DNA of 45,889 bases from IMG/VR virus record IMGVR_UViG_2576861104_000010; one strand, written 5' to 3'. This document shows, in pieces, positions 1-9,585 of this stretch (the first letter of the stretch is position 1; every line of letters begins with the position of its first letter). Made by a program: the position numbers and the translations under genes. The notes under the pieces are model-generated. The model made no database searches and was not told the DNA's origin. It was given only the letters and a program-made list of their open reading frames with translations. Source of the DNA: a virus. Lineage: Duplodnaviria; Heunggongvirae; Uroviricota; Caudoviricetes.

Positions 1-225
1 ACTGAGCGTCAGACCCCTAATAAAGCTGTTTTCCTCTTCCACCAGCACGATAAAACCCTTTTCCTCTTTTTCTCGCAATTCGCGCAGCAGCTGGAGTTCC
101 ATATCGCGGCGGCGTTCAGGGTAGCTGGTCCGCTCAGCCATTATCAGCTCGTTGTTGATCCATGCAGCAGTCATTGACGCCGGTTTGCCGACGCTCATCG
201 AAACAACGCATATTTTCTTATCCAT
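1..225 (-). CDS. Partial CDS (first 75 codons, continues past window start); mat-like by position downstream of ref
   Basis: Open frame from ATG at 223-225 (minus) to the window edge, reading MDKKICVVSMSVGKPASMTAAW...; not in the ORF track because no stop lies inside the window. Assignment to mat is by P1 synteny only. Confidence 0.4.
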   Translation of the reverse strand, partial: MDKKICVVSMSVGKPASMTAAWINNELIMAERTSYPERRRDMELQLLRELREKEEKGFIVLVEEENSFIRGLTLS

Positions 226-413
226 AGCGCCCCTACAAAAAAGAAAAGCCACCAGCGGCGGCTTAGCAATACAACTGAAGGTAGCGCCCGGTACTCAGAC
301 TGTGCCGTCCATGGAATATTTGAAAAGGGATCCATCCGTACCGGGCATGTGATGATTCTGACTGAAGTCACTTGTCAGTTGTCAATTATTTCAGATTAAA
401 AATAATATATTTA

Positions 414-974
414 TTAGTGCATGATGTTTGCCATCTCATAGGCGTCAGCCAGCAACTCCATCTCTGACTTGTTCAGCAAGGTGAATTCTTTCTTGCCTCC
501 AACCACACCATCGGCATGAACAGGGACCAGCCAGGGGTATTTTTCTCTTACTTCAGCCGGTGCTGCATGCTGGTGGTGCCATCTACAAAGGGGCAATTGC
601 TTTTTGTGACAACCCGGCGCGGTACGACCGGAGATATGGTGCAGAGATACCTCTTCAGATATTACTCCATGCATGTAGCAGGCAATGCAGGGGAGAGCGC
701 CAAGAGCATTGGCGATGCTCCGTTCCTCCGCTGTCGATGTTCGCCCCTTCAAGCCACGAGATTTTATCTTTACCGCACTTTTCCGCGTTTTGCTGGCTGG
801 TGGGCGCTCTTTCTGTTTAGCGATACGGCGGTCGATAGAATCCCGCATTTTCTGATATTGCGATTCTCGCCAGGCTGGGTCAGCCAACTTTTCCCGTTGC
901 CGAGCGATCGCTCGTTCTCTGGCTGCCTTCTGCCACTCGCGGCGCTGTTCAAGTTTTTGTTCGATTGTTTTCAT
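414..974 (-). CDS. ref: Ref, recombination enhancement function (HNH-type endonuclease), 186 aa
   Basis: Translation from the internal Met MKTIEQKLEQRREWQKAARERA... to ...LADAYEMANIMH matches recalled P1 Ref in length and sequence; Cys/His HNH-like motifs present; a C1 operator lies upstream. Confidence 0.85.
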   Translation of the reverse strand: MKTIEQKLEQRREWQKAARERAIARQREKLADPAWRESQYQKMRDSIDRRIAKQKERPPASKTRKSAVKIKSRGLKGRTSTAEERSIANALGALPCIACYMHGVISEEVSLHHISGRTAPGCHKKQLPLCRWHHQHAAPAEVREKYPWLVPVHADGVVGGKKEFTLLNKSEMELLADAYEMANIMH

Positions 975-1072
975 ATGGCAAAAAAAAGGCGGCCTAATGG
1001 CCGCCAATGATGTCAAGGAGTGAAGTAATGGCAACGTCTTCGTAGTTGACAAAAACTGCGGTTCAATTATAG

Positions 1073-1089
1073 CAATTAATTAGAGCAAT
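1073..1089 (-). promoter_or_regulatory. C1 operator-like site upstream of ref
   Basis: Reverse complement ATTGCTCTAATTAATTG, one or two mismatches to the P1 C1 operator consensus ATTGCTCTAATAAATTT. Confidence 0.6.
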
Positions 1090-1155
1090 GATATATATTT
1101 TGTTTATCGCGAATCACATTTTTTCACTTCAGTATCTGTGTGCTATACTCCTTCT

Positions 1156-1222
1156 TGATTGATTGGATGCGGAATACAAACCCGCTCTTTTGTGCAGCCT
1201 GGCTCCTTGCCAGGCTTTTTTT
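1156..1222 (+). ncRNA. Candidate small RNA: extended -10 promoter then hairpin plus T-run terminator
   Basis: TGcTATACT extended -10 at 1141-1149; stem GCCTGGC/GCCAGGC at 1197-1215 followed by seven T at 1216-1222; no plus-strand gene upstream. Contains GATTGATTGGAT at 1157-1168. Confidence 0.3.
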
Positions 1223-1532
1223 ATTTCATCATGGAAGCTGTTAACGCTTTGGATCTTGCTGAACTGATTGAAAGGGCATTGTTTACCTTACCCAGGAGTT
1301 CGCCAAATTCCACCATCACTCTAGTAAGCCCGCGCCGCGCTTCCTCCTCCGTTGCATTCATCACAAAATGTTCAGCACTCCGCATGCTTTTAACGGGGAA
1401 CGCAACAGATATCGAGTCGATATCAGGCATCCTATCGCTCAACTTTACGGTGACAATGACAGATGGTGACTGAATTTGAGAGCTTACAGACAGCACCACA
1501 TATTTTCCGTCTATTTTGAAATCCTTCCGCAT
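1221..1532 (-). CDS. Hypothetical protein between cre and ref, 103 aa
   Basis: ATG-initiated ORF in the same orientation as cre and ref, with a C1 operator 17-33 bp upstream of its start. A plus-strand ORF (1159..1473, TTG start) overlaps it; which strand is coding is unresolved. Confidence 0.35.
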   Translation of the reverse strand: MRKDFKIDGKYVVLSVSSQIQSPSVIVTVKLSDRMPDIDSISVAFPVKSMRSAEHFVMNATEEEARRGLTRVMVEFGELLGKVNNALSISSARSKALTASMMK

Positions 1533-1548
1533 GCGTCACCATAAATAT

Positions 1549-1565
1549 CAAATAATTAGAGCAAT
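1549..1565 (-). promoter_or_regulatory. C1 operator-like site
   Basis: Reverse complement ATTGCTCTAATTATTTG, close to the C1 operator consensus. Confidence 0.6.
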
Positions 1566-1582
1566 CAAGCGCAAATGAACGG

Positions 1583-2614
1583 CTAATCGCCATCTTCCAG
1601 CAGGCGCACCATTGCCCCCGTTTCACTATCCAGGTTACGAATGTAGTTCATGACAATATTTACGTTGGTCCAGCCACCAGCTTGCATGATCTCCGGTATT
1701 GAAACTCCGGCGCGGGCCATATCTCGCGCGGCTCCGACACGGGCACTGTGTCCAGACCAGGCCAGGTATCTCTGCCCAGAGTCATCCTTAGCGCCGTAAA
1801 TCAATCGATGAGTTGCTTCAAAAATCCCTTCCAGAGCGCGAGTTGATAGCTGGCTGGTGGCAGATGGCGCGGCAACACCATTTTTTCTGACACGGCAAAA
1901 CAGGTAGTTATTCGGATCATCAGCCACACCAGAGACAGAGATCCATCGCTCGACCAGTTTAGTTACCCCCAGGCTAAGTGCCTTCTCTACACCTGCGGTG
2001 CTAACCAGCGTTTTCGTTCTGCCAATATGGATTAACATTCTCCCACCGTCAGTACGTGAGATATCTTTAACCCTGATCCTGGCAATTTCGGCTATACGTA
2101 ACAGGGTGTTATAAGCAATCCCCAGAAATGCCAGATTCCGTATATCCTGGCAGCGATCGCTATTTTCCATGAGTGAACGAACCTGGTCGAAATCAGTGCG
2201 TTCGAACGCCAATGCCTGTTTTGCACGTTCACCGGCATCAACGTTTTCTTTTCGAATCCGCCGCATGACCAGTGAAACAGCATTACTGTCACTTGGTCGT
2301 GGCAGCCCGGACCGACGATGAAGCATGTTTAGCTGGCCCAAATGTTGCTGGATAGTTTTTACTGCCAGACCGCGCGCCTGAAGATATAGAAGATAATCGC
2401 GAACATCTTCAGGTTCTGCGGGAAACCATTTCCGGTTATTCAACTTGCACCATGCCGCCCACGACCGGCAAACGGACAGAAGCATTTTCCAGGTATGCTC
2501 AGAAAACGCCTGGCGATCCCTGAACATGTCCATCAGGTTCTTGCGAACCTCATCACTCGTTGCATCGACCGGTAATGCAGGCAAATTTTGGTGTACGGTC
2601 AGTAAATTGGACAT
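1583..2614 (-). CDS. cre: Cre site-specific tyrosine recombinase, 343 aa
   Basis: Protein MSNLLTVHQNLPALPVDATSDEVRKNLMDMFRDRQAFSEHTWKMLLSVCRSWAAWCKLNNRKWFPAEPEDVRDYLLYLQARGLAVKTIQQHLGQLNMLHRRSGLPRPSDSNAVSLVMRRIRKENVDAGERAKQALAFERTDFDQVRSLMENSDRCQDIRNLAFLGIAYNTLLRIAEIARIRVKDISRTDGGRMLIHIGRTKTLVSTAGVEKALSLGVTKLVERWISVSGVADDPNNYLFCRVRKNGVAAPSATSQLSTRALEGIFEATHRLIYGAKDDSGQRYLAWSGHSARVGAARDMARAGVSIPEIMQAGGWTNVNIVMNYIRNLDSETGAMVRLLEDGD is recognisably P1 Cre; loxP lies about 420 bp upstream. Confidence 0.97.
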   Translation of the reverse strand: MSNLLTVHQNLPALPVDATSDEVRKNLMDMFRDRQAFSEHTWKMLLSVCRSWAAWCKLNNRKWFPAEPEDVRDYLLYLQARGLAVKTIQQHLGQLNMLHRRSGLPRPSDSNAVSLVMRRIRKENVDAGERAKQALAFERTDFDQVRSLMENSDRCQDIRNLAFLGIAYNTLLRIAEIARIRVKDISRTDGGRMLIHIGRTKTLVSTAGVEKALSLGVTKLVERWISVSGVADDPNNYLFCRVRKNGVAAPSATSQLSTRALEGIFEATHRLIYGAKDDSGQRYLAWSGHSARVGAARDMARAGVSIPEIMQAGGWTNVNIVMNYIRNLDSETGAMVRLLEDGD

Positions 2615-2621
2615 TTAACAC

Positions 2622-2843
2622 TCAGATAATGGTTTTAAGTAAAGTGTACAGGATCGGCTCTGCCTTTACCTGTTTATGGTTCTCGTCATAGAAACGCCAG
2701 CGACCGCGCGTGCGTTCTATTTTCTCTTCACCGCGCGATAATGACAGTTGGCAACTATCACGATCAAACCCTTTTGCCCGCCAGTAACCACGGTTTTTCT
2801 CAAGCTCAAGATGAGTGGACACTTTAGCAGTTGAATATCCCAT
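2622..2843 (-). CDS. cra: Small cre-associated protein, 73 aa
   Basis: ORF immediately upstream of and co-oriented with cre, between loxP and cre, start preceded by AGAGGTG; symbol is from recalled P1 annotation. Confidence 0.5.
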   Translation of the reverse strand: MGYSTAKVSTHLELEKNRGYWRAKGFDRDSCQLSLSRGEEKIERTRGRWRFYDENHKQVKAEPILYTLLKTII

Positions 2844-3032
2844 TTTTCACCTCTGATTGATTGGTGGTGCTAAGTGCGCTACGCGAAATCTGTAGGACTA
2901 ACACCGCCAATTTTTCACAGATTTTACGTAGCGCAACCTTGATCAAATGATCAAGTGATCACTATTTGACCTGCCAAGGTATTGAACTGTATGGATTTAC
3001 AGGTAAATTGATCATATTCAATAACCCTTAAT

Positions 3033-3066
3033 ATAACTTCGTATAATGTATGCTATACGAAGTTAT
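3033..3066 (+). other. loxP recombination site (34 bp)
   Basis: Exact ATAACTTCGTATA-ATGTATGC-TATACGAAGTTAT: two 13-bp inverted arms around an 8-bp spacer. Confidence 0.97.
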
Positions 3067-3109
3067 TAGGTCTGATGAGGAGTTTACGTCCAGCCGTGTA
3101 GAAAAATCA

Positions 3110-3126
3110 AGAATTATTAGAGCAAT
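3110..3126 (-). promoter_or_regulatory. C1 operator-like site (ImmC region)
   Basis: Reverse complement ATTGCTCTAATAATTCT. Confidence 0.6.
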
Positions 3127-3193
3127 AAAAAATTGAGAGTAAAATCCCACTCCACCAGCCAAATACTGGATTGTTTTTCATAGTCGTTTGGCA

Positions 3194-3210
3194 ATTGCTC
3201 TAATAAATTA
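3194..3210 (+). promoter_or_regulatory. C1 operator (ImmC region, upstream of coi)
   Basis: ATTGCTCTAATAAATTA, one mismatch to consensus. Confidence 0.7.
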
Positions 3211-3448
3211 TAGTTTTGCCGCCGTTTCGTAATACGACTTTGGACTCACTACTTAATGTGTCTTCAGCGTTGTAGAGCGGCTCAGAAGGAAATGAGCAAA
3301 CAGGGAAACCTTATACAACGGCATTACCGCTATGCATTGCTCATCTTACACACAGCGCAATGTTGATAGATAACCCCAGCATGGAACATGGGTGAAACAG
3401 TAGGTCAGAGCTTCAGGCTCTGTGTTGTCAATACAGTGAGGCATAATT

Positions 3449-3658
3449 ATGGCTTTCATTCCACCAACCATCGACGATGTTAGACATTGCTCTAACGCTT
3501 TATCTGTAGACCCCGCCGAAACCGACGCTGCTCGCGCCATTGCTGAACACTACTCAAAGATATCCAATCAGGAGTACCGCATCACCCAAGACGACCTGGA
3601 TGATCTCACTGACACAATCGAATATCTCATGGCCACTAACCAGCCAGACTCACAATAA
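3449..3658 (+). CDS. coi: Coi, C1 inactivator, 69 aa
   Basis: 69-aa ORF directly upstream of c1 in the same orientation, as in the P1 ImmC region. Confidence 0.8.
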   Translation: MAFIPPTIDDVRHCSNALSVDPAETDAARAIAEHYSKISNQEYRITQDDLDDLTDTIEYLMATNQPDSQ

Positions 3659-3768
3659 ATGCACTAATAAATCTATTATTTTCGTTGGATCCTTTTATAA
3701 TGGTGGCCAACAACTCTCAGTGTCATCCGCTGTGAGCTGTTGGCCATGTCAATTCTGGAGGAGGATCA

Positions 3769-4620
3769 ATGATAAATTATGTCTACGGCGAACAACTGTA
3801 CCAGGAGTTCGTCAACTTCAGGGATCTCTTTCTAAAAAAAGCTGTTGCACGCGCCCAACACGTTGATGCCGCCAGCGACGGTCGTCCTGTTCGCCCGGTT
3901 GTCGTTCTGCCGTTCAAAGAAACGGACAGCATTCAGGCTGAAATTGATAAATGGACTTTAATGGCGCGGGAACTGGAACAGTACCCAGACCTCAATATCC
4001 CAAAGACTATTTTATATCCAGTGCCTAACATCCTTCGCGGTGTGCGTAAGGTTACGACTTATCAGACAGAAGCTGTGAACAGCGTCAACATGACCGCTGG
4101 CCGCATTATTCATCTGATTGATAAGGACATTCGCATTCAAAAAAGCGCGGGGATCAATGAGCACAGTGCGAAATACATAGAGAACCTGGAAGCAACAAAA
4201 GAGCTAATGAAGCAGTACCCGGAGGATGAAAAATTCCGTATGCGCGTACACGGCTTTAGCGAAACAATGCTGCGCGTGCATTACATTTCCAGTAGCCCTA
4301 ACTACAATGATGGTAAATCAGTTAGTTACCATGTGCCGCTATGTGGTGTGTTTATCTGCGATGAAACTCTCCGTGATGGAATCATCATCAACGGTGAATT
4401 CGAGAAAGCAAAATTTAGCCTTTATGACTCTATAGAACCGATCATCTGCGACCGCTGGCCGCAGGCAAAAATATATCGCCTGGCAGATATTGAAAATGTA
4501 AAAAAACAAATTGCCATCACTCGCGAAGAGAAAAAGGTCAAATCAGCCGCATCAGTTACGCGCAGCCGTAAAACTAAGAAGGGGCAGCCAGTAAACGACA
4601 ACCCCGAAAGCGCGCAATAG
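3769..4620 (+). CDS. c1: C1 repressor of lysis, 283 aa
   Basis: Protein MINYVYGEQLYQEFVNFRDLFLKKAVARAQHVDAASDGRPVRPVVVLPFKETDSIQAEIDKWTLMARELEQYPDLNIPKTILYPVPNILRGVRKVTTYQTEAVNSVNMTAGRIIHLIDKDIRIQKSAGINEHSAKYIENLEATKELMKQYPEDEKFRMRVHGFSETMLRVHYISSSPNYNDGKSVSYHVPLCGVFICDETLRDGIIINGEFEKAKFSLYDSIEPIICDRWPQAKIYRLADIENVKKQIAITREEKKVKSAASVTRSRKTKKGQPVNDNPESAQ is recognisably P1 C1 (283 aa); many cognate operators are present in the window. Confidence 0.95.
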   Translation: MINYVYGEQLYQEFVNFRDLFLKKAVARAQHVDAASDGRPVRPVVVLPFKETDSIQAEIDKWTLMARELEQYPDLNIPKTILYPVPNILRGVRKVTTYQTEAVNSVNMTAGRIIHLIDKDIRIQKSAGINEHSAKYIENLEATKELMKQYPEDEKFRMRVHGFSETMLRVHYISSSPNYNDGKSVSYHVPLCGVFICDETLRDGIIINGEFEKAKFSLYDSIEPIICDRWPQAKIYRLADIENVKKQIAITREEKKVKSAASVTRSRKTKKGQPVNDNPESAQ

Positions 4621-4644
4621 TTTCTATCCGGCATGGTCAATGAG

Positions 4645-6129
4645 TTATTCATTAAGCCATGCCAGAGCTTCATCAACCTGCGCTTCGTCTTCGACGCTAA
4701 GCACTTCATCCTGGGGAACATAATCCGCCAGCATAGCGAAACAATATGTATCCCAATGGTCTGGTGAGTGCAGGTTGAGTTTTTTCTTCATATCCTCCTT
4801 ACTCATCACCTTCCATTGACCTGCGGAGTTAATCCCTACAGGGATTTTCGACGCTTCCTCAATAGTTTCATTACCCTTATCCAGTCTCATACGACCAGAT
4901 TTTACGGCCTCTGCGGCTTGAACGTTGGCATAAGCACGTTTATCAAAGTACAGGCTCTTATCTTCACGGCTATGCATCTTTTTACCCCAGCGTATACGCT
5001 GTACGGTAATACCATAATACTCGTACATCAGATCCGCCGTTGCTTTACCCAGGCCATCGCCGTCTATCGCTATGGTGATATTTGGGAATCGCTCAGGATT
5101 ACATTCTGCGAAAATTTTGGCGGCAAGCTGCGTTTCTGTAACGTCTGTGTATTCCAGCATTCGATAGTTGATTACACGGCGTTTATTTCGCTGGCCGGAC
5201 ACCATCATGATATTGATAACGGACTTATCCCGTCCCGTACCACCAGCAACGTCCACACATGCAAGCCAGCCCCATCCTTTTGCAATCTTGACTTTCCGCC
5301 GCGTTGCACGTTCAACCTCATCACGTCCAAGAAGGAAGCCATCCTGTGATTTAGGGAATAGGCCGCGTACCTTAATCATGTACATAGGGTTATCACGCCC
5401 GCCGTACTCCGCCAGCTTCATTTTGATAAATGCTGGCGTTACCAGCGGTGATTCCTCACTGTTAAGCGTGATCGCCGTATAAACGCCATCAGGGTTACCA
5501 GGACGCTTGGCCAGTTTATGGTGAGTATCGTAGAAATAGCCGCTTGGGCGTGTAGGCTGTGACAGTAATAAGATGCGGTTATCCTGTCCGGTAAGAGCAC
5601 CGGTGATGATACCGAAAGCTCTATCACTGACACCGGAGGCTTCATCGATAATATACAGAAGATGATCTGCGTGTTCACCGGCGAGAGCTTCTTCACTTCC
5701 CAGACGAAAGCCCTTCGGTACTACAGTCCATACACCTTTACCAGTAACCTCATAGAAAGCGGTTTCTGTCAGAACAAAATAATCAGCAAGCCATGGAAAA
5801 CGGCTGGTGGCAGTAGCCCAGTTTATCTTGATGTACTTGAATATACCGGTCATTACCTGCTGAATTTTGTTCGCAACGATAATGGCGCGGGCACCGGGAT
5901 ACATGATTATGAACAACATGATCATGATAGAAGTCATGTCTGATTTCCCGGTACCGTGACCAGACGAAACAGATGTCTTGCTACCCTGTTCCTGCACAGA
6001 CTCAATAATCAGATCCTGCTGCCAGGTAGGTGTTTTGCCGAACAAAACATCAGCGGCCGCAATCCAGTCATAACGATATAGCGCCACCAGCTCGCGCCAA
6101 CGTGGATCCGTTACGCAACTTCTGGCCAT
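4645..6129 (-). CDS. pacB: PacB, terminase large subunit, 494 aa
   Basis: 494-aa ORF immediately downstream of pacA, size and position as in P1. Confidence 0.85.
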   Translation of the reverse strand: MARSCVTDPRWRELVALYRYDWIAAADVLFGKTPTWQQDLIIESVQEQGSKTSVSSGHGTGKSDMTSIMIMLFIIMYPGARAIIVANKIQQVMTGIFKYIKINWATATSRFPWLADYFVLTETAFYEVTGKGVWTVVPKGFRLGSEEALAGEHADHLLYIIDEASGVSDRAFGIITGALTGQDNRILLLSQPTRPSGYFYDTHHKLAKRPGNPDGVYTAITLNSEESPLVTPAFIKMKLAEYGGRDNPMYMIKVRGLFPKSQDGFLLGRDEVERATRRKVKIAKGWGWLACVDVAGGTGRDKSVINIMMVSGQRNKRRVINYRMLEYTDVTETQLAAKIFAECNPERFPNITIAIDGDGLGKATADLMYEYYGITVQRIRWGKKMHSREDKSLYFDKRAYANVQAAEAVKSGRMRLDKGNETIEEASKIPVGINSAGQWKVMSKEDMKKKLNLHSPDHWDTYCFAMLADYVPQDEVLSVEDEAQVDEALAWLNE

Positions 6130-7322
6130 TAATCATCATCCCCGTATAGCTTGCGGGTAACTTCTTCGTCTTCCTCCTCGTCTTCGTCCAGGTCTTGTTC
6201 CAGCCATGGGTCGTTTGATACACCTTCAGTATCAACATCTCCATAACCGCCAGTATCAACGATATCGGCGATTTCTTCCCTGCGCTGCTCAATCCACAAT
6301 GCGGCATCGGCGCGGCGGTTGGCGGCCCGTTCTCGCGCAACTTTGTCCAGATCTTCAAGAGAAGGGCCACCGACGGCTGTTTGCCTTTCCTCATCATCGG
6401 TATTGGTCTTAGGAGCACGCAGATCGGCTTTGATTTGCTCCAGCATCAGGGGCGGAACTTTCCCGCCATGCGCCTCGATGAATTCAGCTGCTTCCAGCAC
6501 TGACCAGTTATTTTCACGCTTTCGTTCGTATGCCAGCTTAACAATGCCAGCTTGCCCCATAGACAAAGCGTGCTTTTCCGCCTCCCGGCTTTCTTTTCGA
6601 TAGTTATTCCGGATGCTGTAAATGGTGTTGATCAGGCTGCTTATCTGCGCGGAACAGCTGTTTAGCATGCTCGCGATACGGTATTCAGGCGGAGTACCTT
6701 CATCATCGTCTTTTTGCTGATCGCGCATTTCCTGCACCAGGTGAATACACGTATCCCTGGCATTCTCCAGCATAAGGAGATGAGAAAGAGACTTTTCCAG
6801 AAGAGTGGTTTCCAGAACATCGGCCCCGGACCGACGCAACATAGCGCGCGCGGCCTTCCGCGCTTCAACGTTATCTATCAGGTAATCGCCAGCTTCGAAT
6901 TCAAAGCGTTCACCATCATCATCCAGGGTGTCGCGTTCCAGGCGATCACGTAAGGTACGGTGGGCGCGGGTGATCACGTCATGATCATCAGAACGATCAT
7001 TTATGCGCTTATTTTGGCGCTTAGCGTTCTCGACTGCGGCACTGACAACAGCATTAACTCTTTGTTTTTCAGCCATTTCAGCCACAATGTGATCACCTGC
7101 ACGTTGATCATTAGCGTGATCAATGATCATGCTTTTTAGTGGTTTCCTGACAGGCTTATTTGGCCTACGGCTGTCCGCTGTTCCGGTGTCTTCTTTGAAT
7201 GCACGGAGATAACGACGTGCGGTGTTTGGGTTGAGATTAAACTCGGCGGCATATTGTGCGATGGTGTAACCACCATCTCGCGCCAGGCGAGCAAAATTCT
7301 TTTTGTGATCGTCCCAGGTCAC
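6129..7322 (-). CDS. pacA: PacA, terminase small subunit, 397 aa
   Basis: 397-aa ORF containing two clusters of GATC hexamers typical of the P1 pac site; acidic C-terminus. Confidence 0.85.
   Translation of the reverse strand: MTWDDHKKNFARLARDGGYTIAQYAAEFNLNPNTARRYLRAFKEDTGTADSRRPNKPVRKPLKSMIIDHANDQRAGDHIVAEMAEKQRVNAVVSAAVENAKRQNKRINDRSDDHDVITRAHRTLRDRLERDTLDDDGERFEFEAGDYLIDNVEARKAARAMLRRSGADVLETTLLEKSLSHLLMLENARDTCIHLVQEMRDQQKDDDEGTPPEYRIASMLNSCSAQISSLINTIYSIRNNYRKESREAEKHALSMGQAGIVKLAYERKRENNWSVLEAAEFIEAHGGKVPPLMLEQIKADLRAPKTNTDDEERQTAVGGPSLEDLDKVARERAANRRADAALWIEQRREEIADIVDTGGYGDVDTEGVSNDPWLEQDLDEDEEEDEEVTRKLYGDDD
6943..7130 (-). other. pac packaging site inside pacA
   Basis: Four hexamers (cGATCAc, tGATCAc, tGATCAt, cGATCAt) at 6943-6996 and four more at 7089-7130, separated by about 95 bp; P1 pac is a Dam-regulated site built of TGATCA/G hexamers. 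Confidence 0.65.
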
Positions 7323-7359
7323 TTATGCTTCCTTTCGTATAAAACTCTTTTTGACGCGA

Positions 7360-7380
7360 GGGTAACGAAAGTCACATGTC
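7360..7380 (-). promoter_or_regulatory. Candidate Lpa-dependent late promoter for pacA
   Basis: Minus strand reads ACATGTGACTTT-cgt-TACCCT about 40 nt upstream of pacA; the same TGACT-N5-TANNNT arrangement recurs before two other late operons. Confidence 0.4.
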
Positions 7381-7408
7381 AAAAGGCCCGGAACGGGCAA
7401 GCAATCAA

Positions 7409-7861
7409 TCAGATACGTGCGGATGTGGCATTACCGTAATGACGGTGCTGACGGACCACCTTATTGAAAAGTTGACGCGCCATCACCCAAGGCTGGTGCT
7501 CCCGGCGTTCCTTTTCGTCCTGCGTCATATAGAGTTCGTTCTGGAGTTTTTCATCAAACCGGCGCGGAGCGCGGCTGCGGCGAAAGAATTCAGGATTCAG
7601 AGAGTGGATCTGAAATCTACGTGGGCGTGTACTGTCATCAATCAAAACAGACGAATACTTAGACACAGCGATAGCCTTTAAGCGCAGATAAACATCGCGC
7701 TTATCGACATCCAGATGCGGGTATTCCTTTTCAAGAATTGCTGCGAGTTCTTTCGCTGATAGAAGAGATTTAGTGCGGATCATGTAATCCGCAATCTCGT
7801 ACGATGTTATTCGTGAGTGATTTATTTCCATGAAGTGGCGTCCCTGCCAGTTAAGTAACAT
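7409..7861 (-). CDS. lpa: Lpa, late promoter activator, 150 aa
   Basis: 150-aa ORF directly upstream of pacA with a C1 operator upstream; position and size as P1 lpa (gene 10). Confidence 0.7.
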   Translation of the reverse strand: MLLNWQGRHFMEINHSRITSYEIADYMIRTKSLLSAKELAAILEKEYPHLDVDKRDVYLRLKAIAVSKYSSVLIDDSTRPRRFQIHSLNPEFFRRSRAPRRFDEKLQNELYMTQDEKERREHQPWVMARQLFNKVVRQHRHYGNATSARI

Positions 7862-7931
7862 CCTGTCACCTACTGATTAGCCCATGTCAACTAATCAACG
7901 TCGAATATAATACCCTCGATTAAAGAAATAG

Positions 7932-7948
7932 CAATACATTAGAGCAAT
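7932..7948 (-). promoter_or_regulatory. C1 operator-like site upstream of lpa
   Basis: Reverse complement ATTGCTCTAATGTATTG. Confidence 0.55.
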
Positions 7949-7949
7949 T

Positions 7950-8993
7950 TTATCTAACAATCGACGAATGACTTGTGATAGCGCCGACTCCAAGCGCGTA
8001 ATCAAAGAACAATCGTTGATGCATCGCCAGCCTACCGTGCGTCTTCTCCCAATTATCGCGGTCACGCTCAATATCACGCTGGCATGACTGGCACAGAGGA
8101 ATAGCATAAATGTCATGCGCGCATAATCGACTATGACGAACGATATAAGGCGTAATGTGAGCGCCAGCTCCCGCAGCTCCACAGCCACAGCATGGACGGG
8201 AAGCCACAAAATCCATGTACTCGGGCAATTTTAGCGATTGAAGTTTTGGTATCTTGAAATGCGCCATACCTGGGTCGGAGTCAACATCCACAGGGCATAC
8301 TTTTGCACGCATCGGCGCGGCGCGTTCTTCCATCATCTGAACATATGCTGTAGCGCGATCGTCATACGGGCGAATATCCGCCTCTTTCAGAGGTCCGCTA
8401 TCCTGCGGAGTAGCCTTCATCTTATTTATTGATATGCGGCAAACTTCTTCCGGCATCAGGTGCATCATGTTGCGCATGAAAGCCCACCAGCACAGTTCCT
8501 GAATACTTAAATCATGGCCATCTGAAAGCCCCATTTCCTGACGGGCGACATCCAGTATCCAGTTAACGCGATTATTATGCAGCGTTTCTTTCAGCTCATT
8601 AAAACCACGCATCCGGTAATGGTTATCGTGATGCCAGCACAACAACACCGCGCTATTGTCTCGTTCTGCGTGGACAATATGGTTGTCACACCAGCTACGA
8701 TCTGCGGCCTGGCATTGCCCCTCTTTCCTGCGCAACCACGCCACCAGCGAGTCAATTCCACCAATACGGCGAAACAGTTCATCGCTGTTAAAAAACGGCT
8801 GCAACGCCTCATTTGTTGCCATAGTTTGCTCGGAAACAACGAGGCCGTCGTCCATGTGCTCGATTAACTCACGTGGCACCGGCTCCATAATAAATTTACG
8901 GCCAGCCTCCACCAGCTTTCTGACCTCCTGATCCACTTTGAACGTGGCGAGGCCAAGTTCTTTCTGTACAAAGGGAGTAATTACGGCTTTCAC
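7950..8993 (-). CDS. Hypothetical post-doc protein (pdc-like by position), 347 aa, with a Cys/His-rich C-terminal segment
   Basis: ORF between the doc-side small gene and lpa; C-terminal [12 protein letters not shown]...[18 protein letters not shown] could be a zinc-binding or HNH-like module; function not assignable. Confidence 0.5.
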   Translation of the reverse strand: MKAVITPFVQKELGLATFKVDQEVRKLVEAGRKFIMEPVPRELIEHMDDGLVVSEQTMATNEALQPFFNSDELFRRIGGIDSLVAWLRRKEGQCQAADRSWCDNHIVHAERDNSAVLLCWHHDNHYRMRGFNELKETLHNNRVNWILDVARQEMGLSDGHDLSIQELCWWAFMRNMMHLMPEEVCRISINKMKATPQDSGPLKEADIRPYDDRATAYVQMMEERAAPMRAKVCPVDVDSDPGMAHFKIPKLQSLKLPEYMDFVASRPCCGCGAAGAGAHITPYIVRHSRLCAHDIYAIPLCQSCQRDIERDRDNWEKTHGRLAMHQRLFFDYALGVGAITSHSSIVR

Positions 8994-9020
8994 ATCACAC
9001 CTTTAATCACTGATTGGGCT

Positions 9021-9200
9021 TTATATGCTGCCCGGCATTCTCTGTTTAAGCACAACCATTTCCTGACGGCATAACACAGCAATAGCGGTCCTGGCACCAA
9101 TTTGCTTACCAGCCAGGTATTGCTTTACCTCGCGGCGACTCACGCCATCAAGAAGCATCTTTAACGCTTCACGGGACAATTTGTTGTATTTACGTGCCAT
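9021..9200 (-). CDS. Small basic post-doc protein, 59 aa from Met at 9200
   Basis: GGAG ribosome-binding site then ATG 4 nt after the doc stop; helix-turn-helix-like composition. Confidence 0.4.
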   Translation of the reverse strand: MARKYNKLSREALKMLLDGVSRREVKQYLAGKQIGARTAIAVLCRQEMVVLKQRMPGSI

Positions 9201-9204
9201 TAAT

Positions 9205-9585
9205 CTACTCCGCAGAACCATACAATCTACGTAACGTGTCGGCGACAGAAGATACAGATATCTCTCCGGTCGCAGCCCCTACGGTAAGGTCTGCCAGTTC
9301 AGGTGAATCAAATACCTGCACCCCGTTACGGCGTAGAAATAACAGCGCACTGTTTAGCGCGGTACGCTTATTGGCATCATTGAATATATGCCCTCTCGCT
9401 GTAGCCACCAGGTAGGTGGCGGAGACTTCGAAAAGGTCGGTGATCTCTTCGTAGGCAACTCTGGCCTGAACTCTCCCGATAATGGCCTCTGCCCTACCCG
9501 GATCTGACATGCCCGGCAGGCCGCCGTAGCGGTTTATATTCGCATCATGAAGCGCAATAAGTTCTTCCGGTGATATATGCCTCAT
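9205..9585 (-). CDS. doc: Doc toxin (Fic-fold kinase), 126 aa
   Basis: Protein [25 protein letters not shown]...[23 protein letters not shown] is recognisably P1 Doc; translationally coupled to phd. Confidence 0.95.
   Translation of the reverse strand: MRHISPEELIALHDANINRYGGLPGMSDPGRAEAIIGRVQARVAYEEITDLFEVSATYLVATARGHIFNDANKRTALNSALLFLRRNGVQVFDSPELADLTVGAATGEISVSSVADTLRRLYGSAE

Noticed and set aside
516-1010. Plus-strand ORFs (516..1010, 560..820) and minus 770..952 overlapping ref
   Set aside because: They lie entirely inside the well-supported ref gene in other frames, with no ribosome-binding sites and low-complexity translations; treated as shadow ORFs.
1159-1473. Plus-strand ORF opposite the 1221..1532 minus-strand ORF
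   Set aside because: Requires a TTG start inside the putative sRNA, or an ATG directly after a terminator T-run; the minus-strand ORF has an ATG and an upstream C1 operator, so it was preferred, though not proven.
4768-5943. Several plus-strand ORFs (4768..5349, 5168..5482, 5662..5943) antisense to pacB
   Set aside because: Antisense to a confidently assigned terminase gene; Ser/Pro/Arg-rich translations typical of out-of-frame reading.
6206-6868. ORFs overlapping pacA on both strands
   Set aside because: Embedded in pacA and the pac site; no independent start signals.
7402-7411. Additional near-copy of the recurrent motif (gCAATCAATCa) near the lpa 3' end
   Set aside because: Opposite orientation and 9 of 10 match only, inside coding sequence; likely coincidental.
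8577-8931. ORFs 8577..8867 (+), 8591..8839 (-) and 8656..8931 (+) inside the 347-aa post-doc gene
   Set aside because: Nested in a longer, better-supported ORF; no independent signals.
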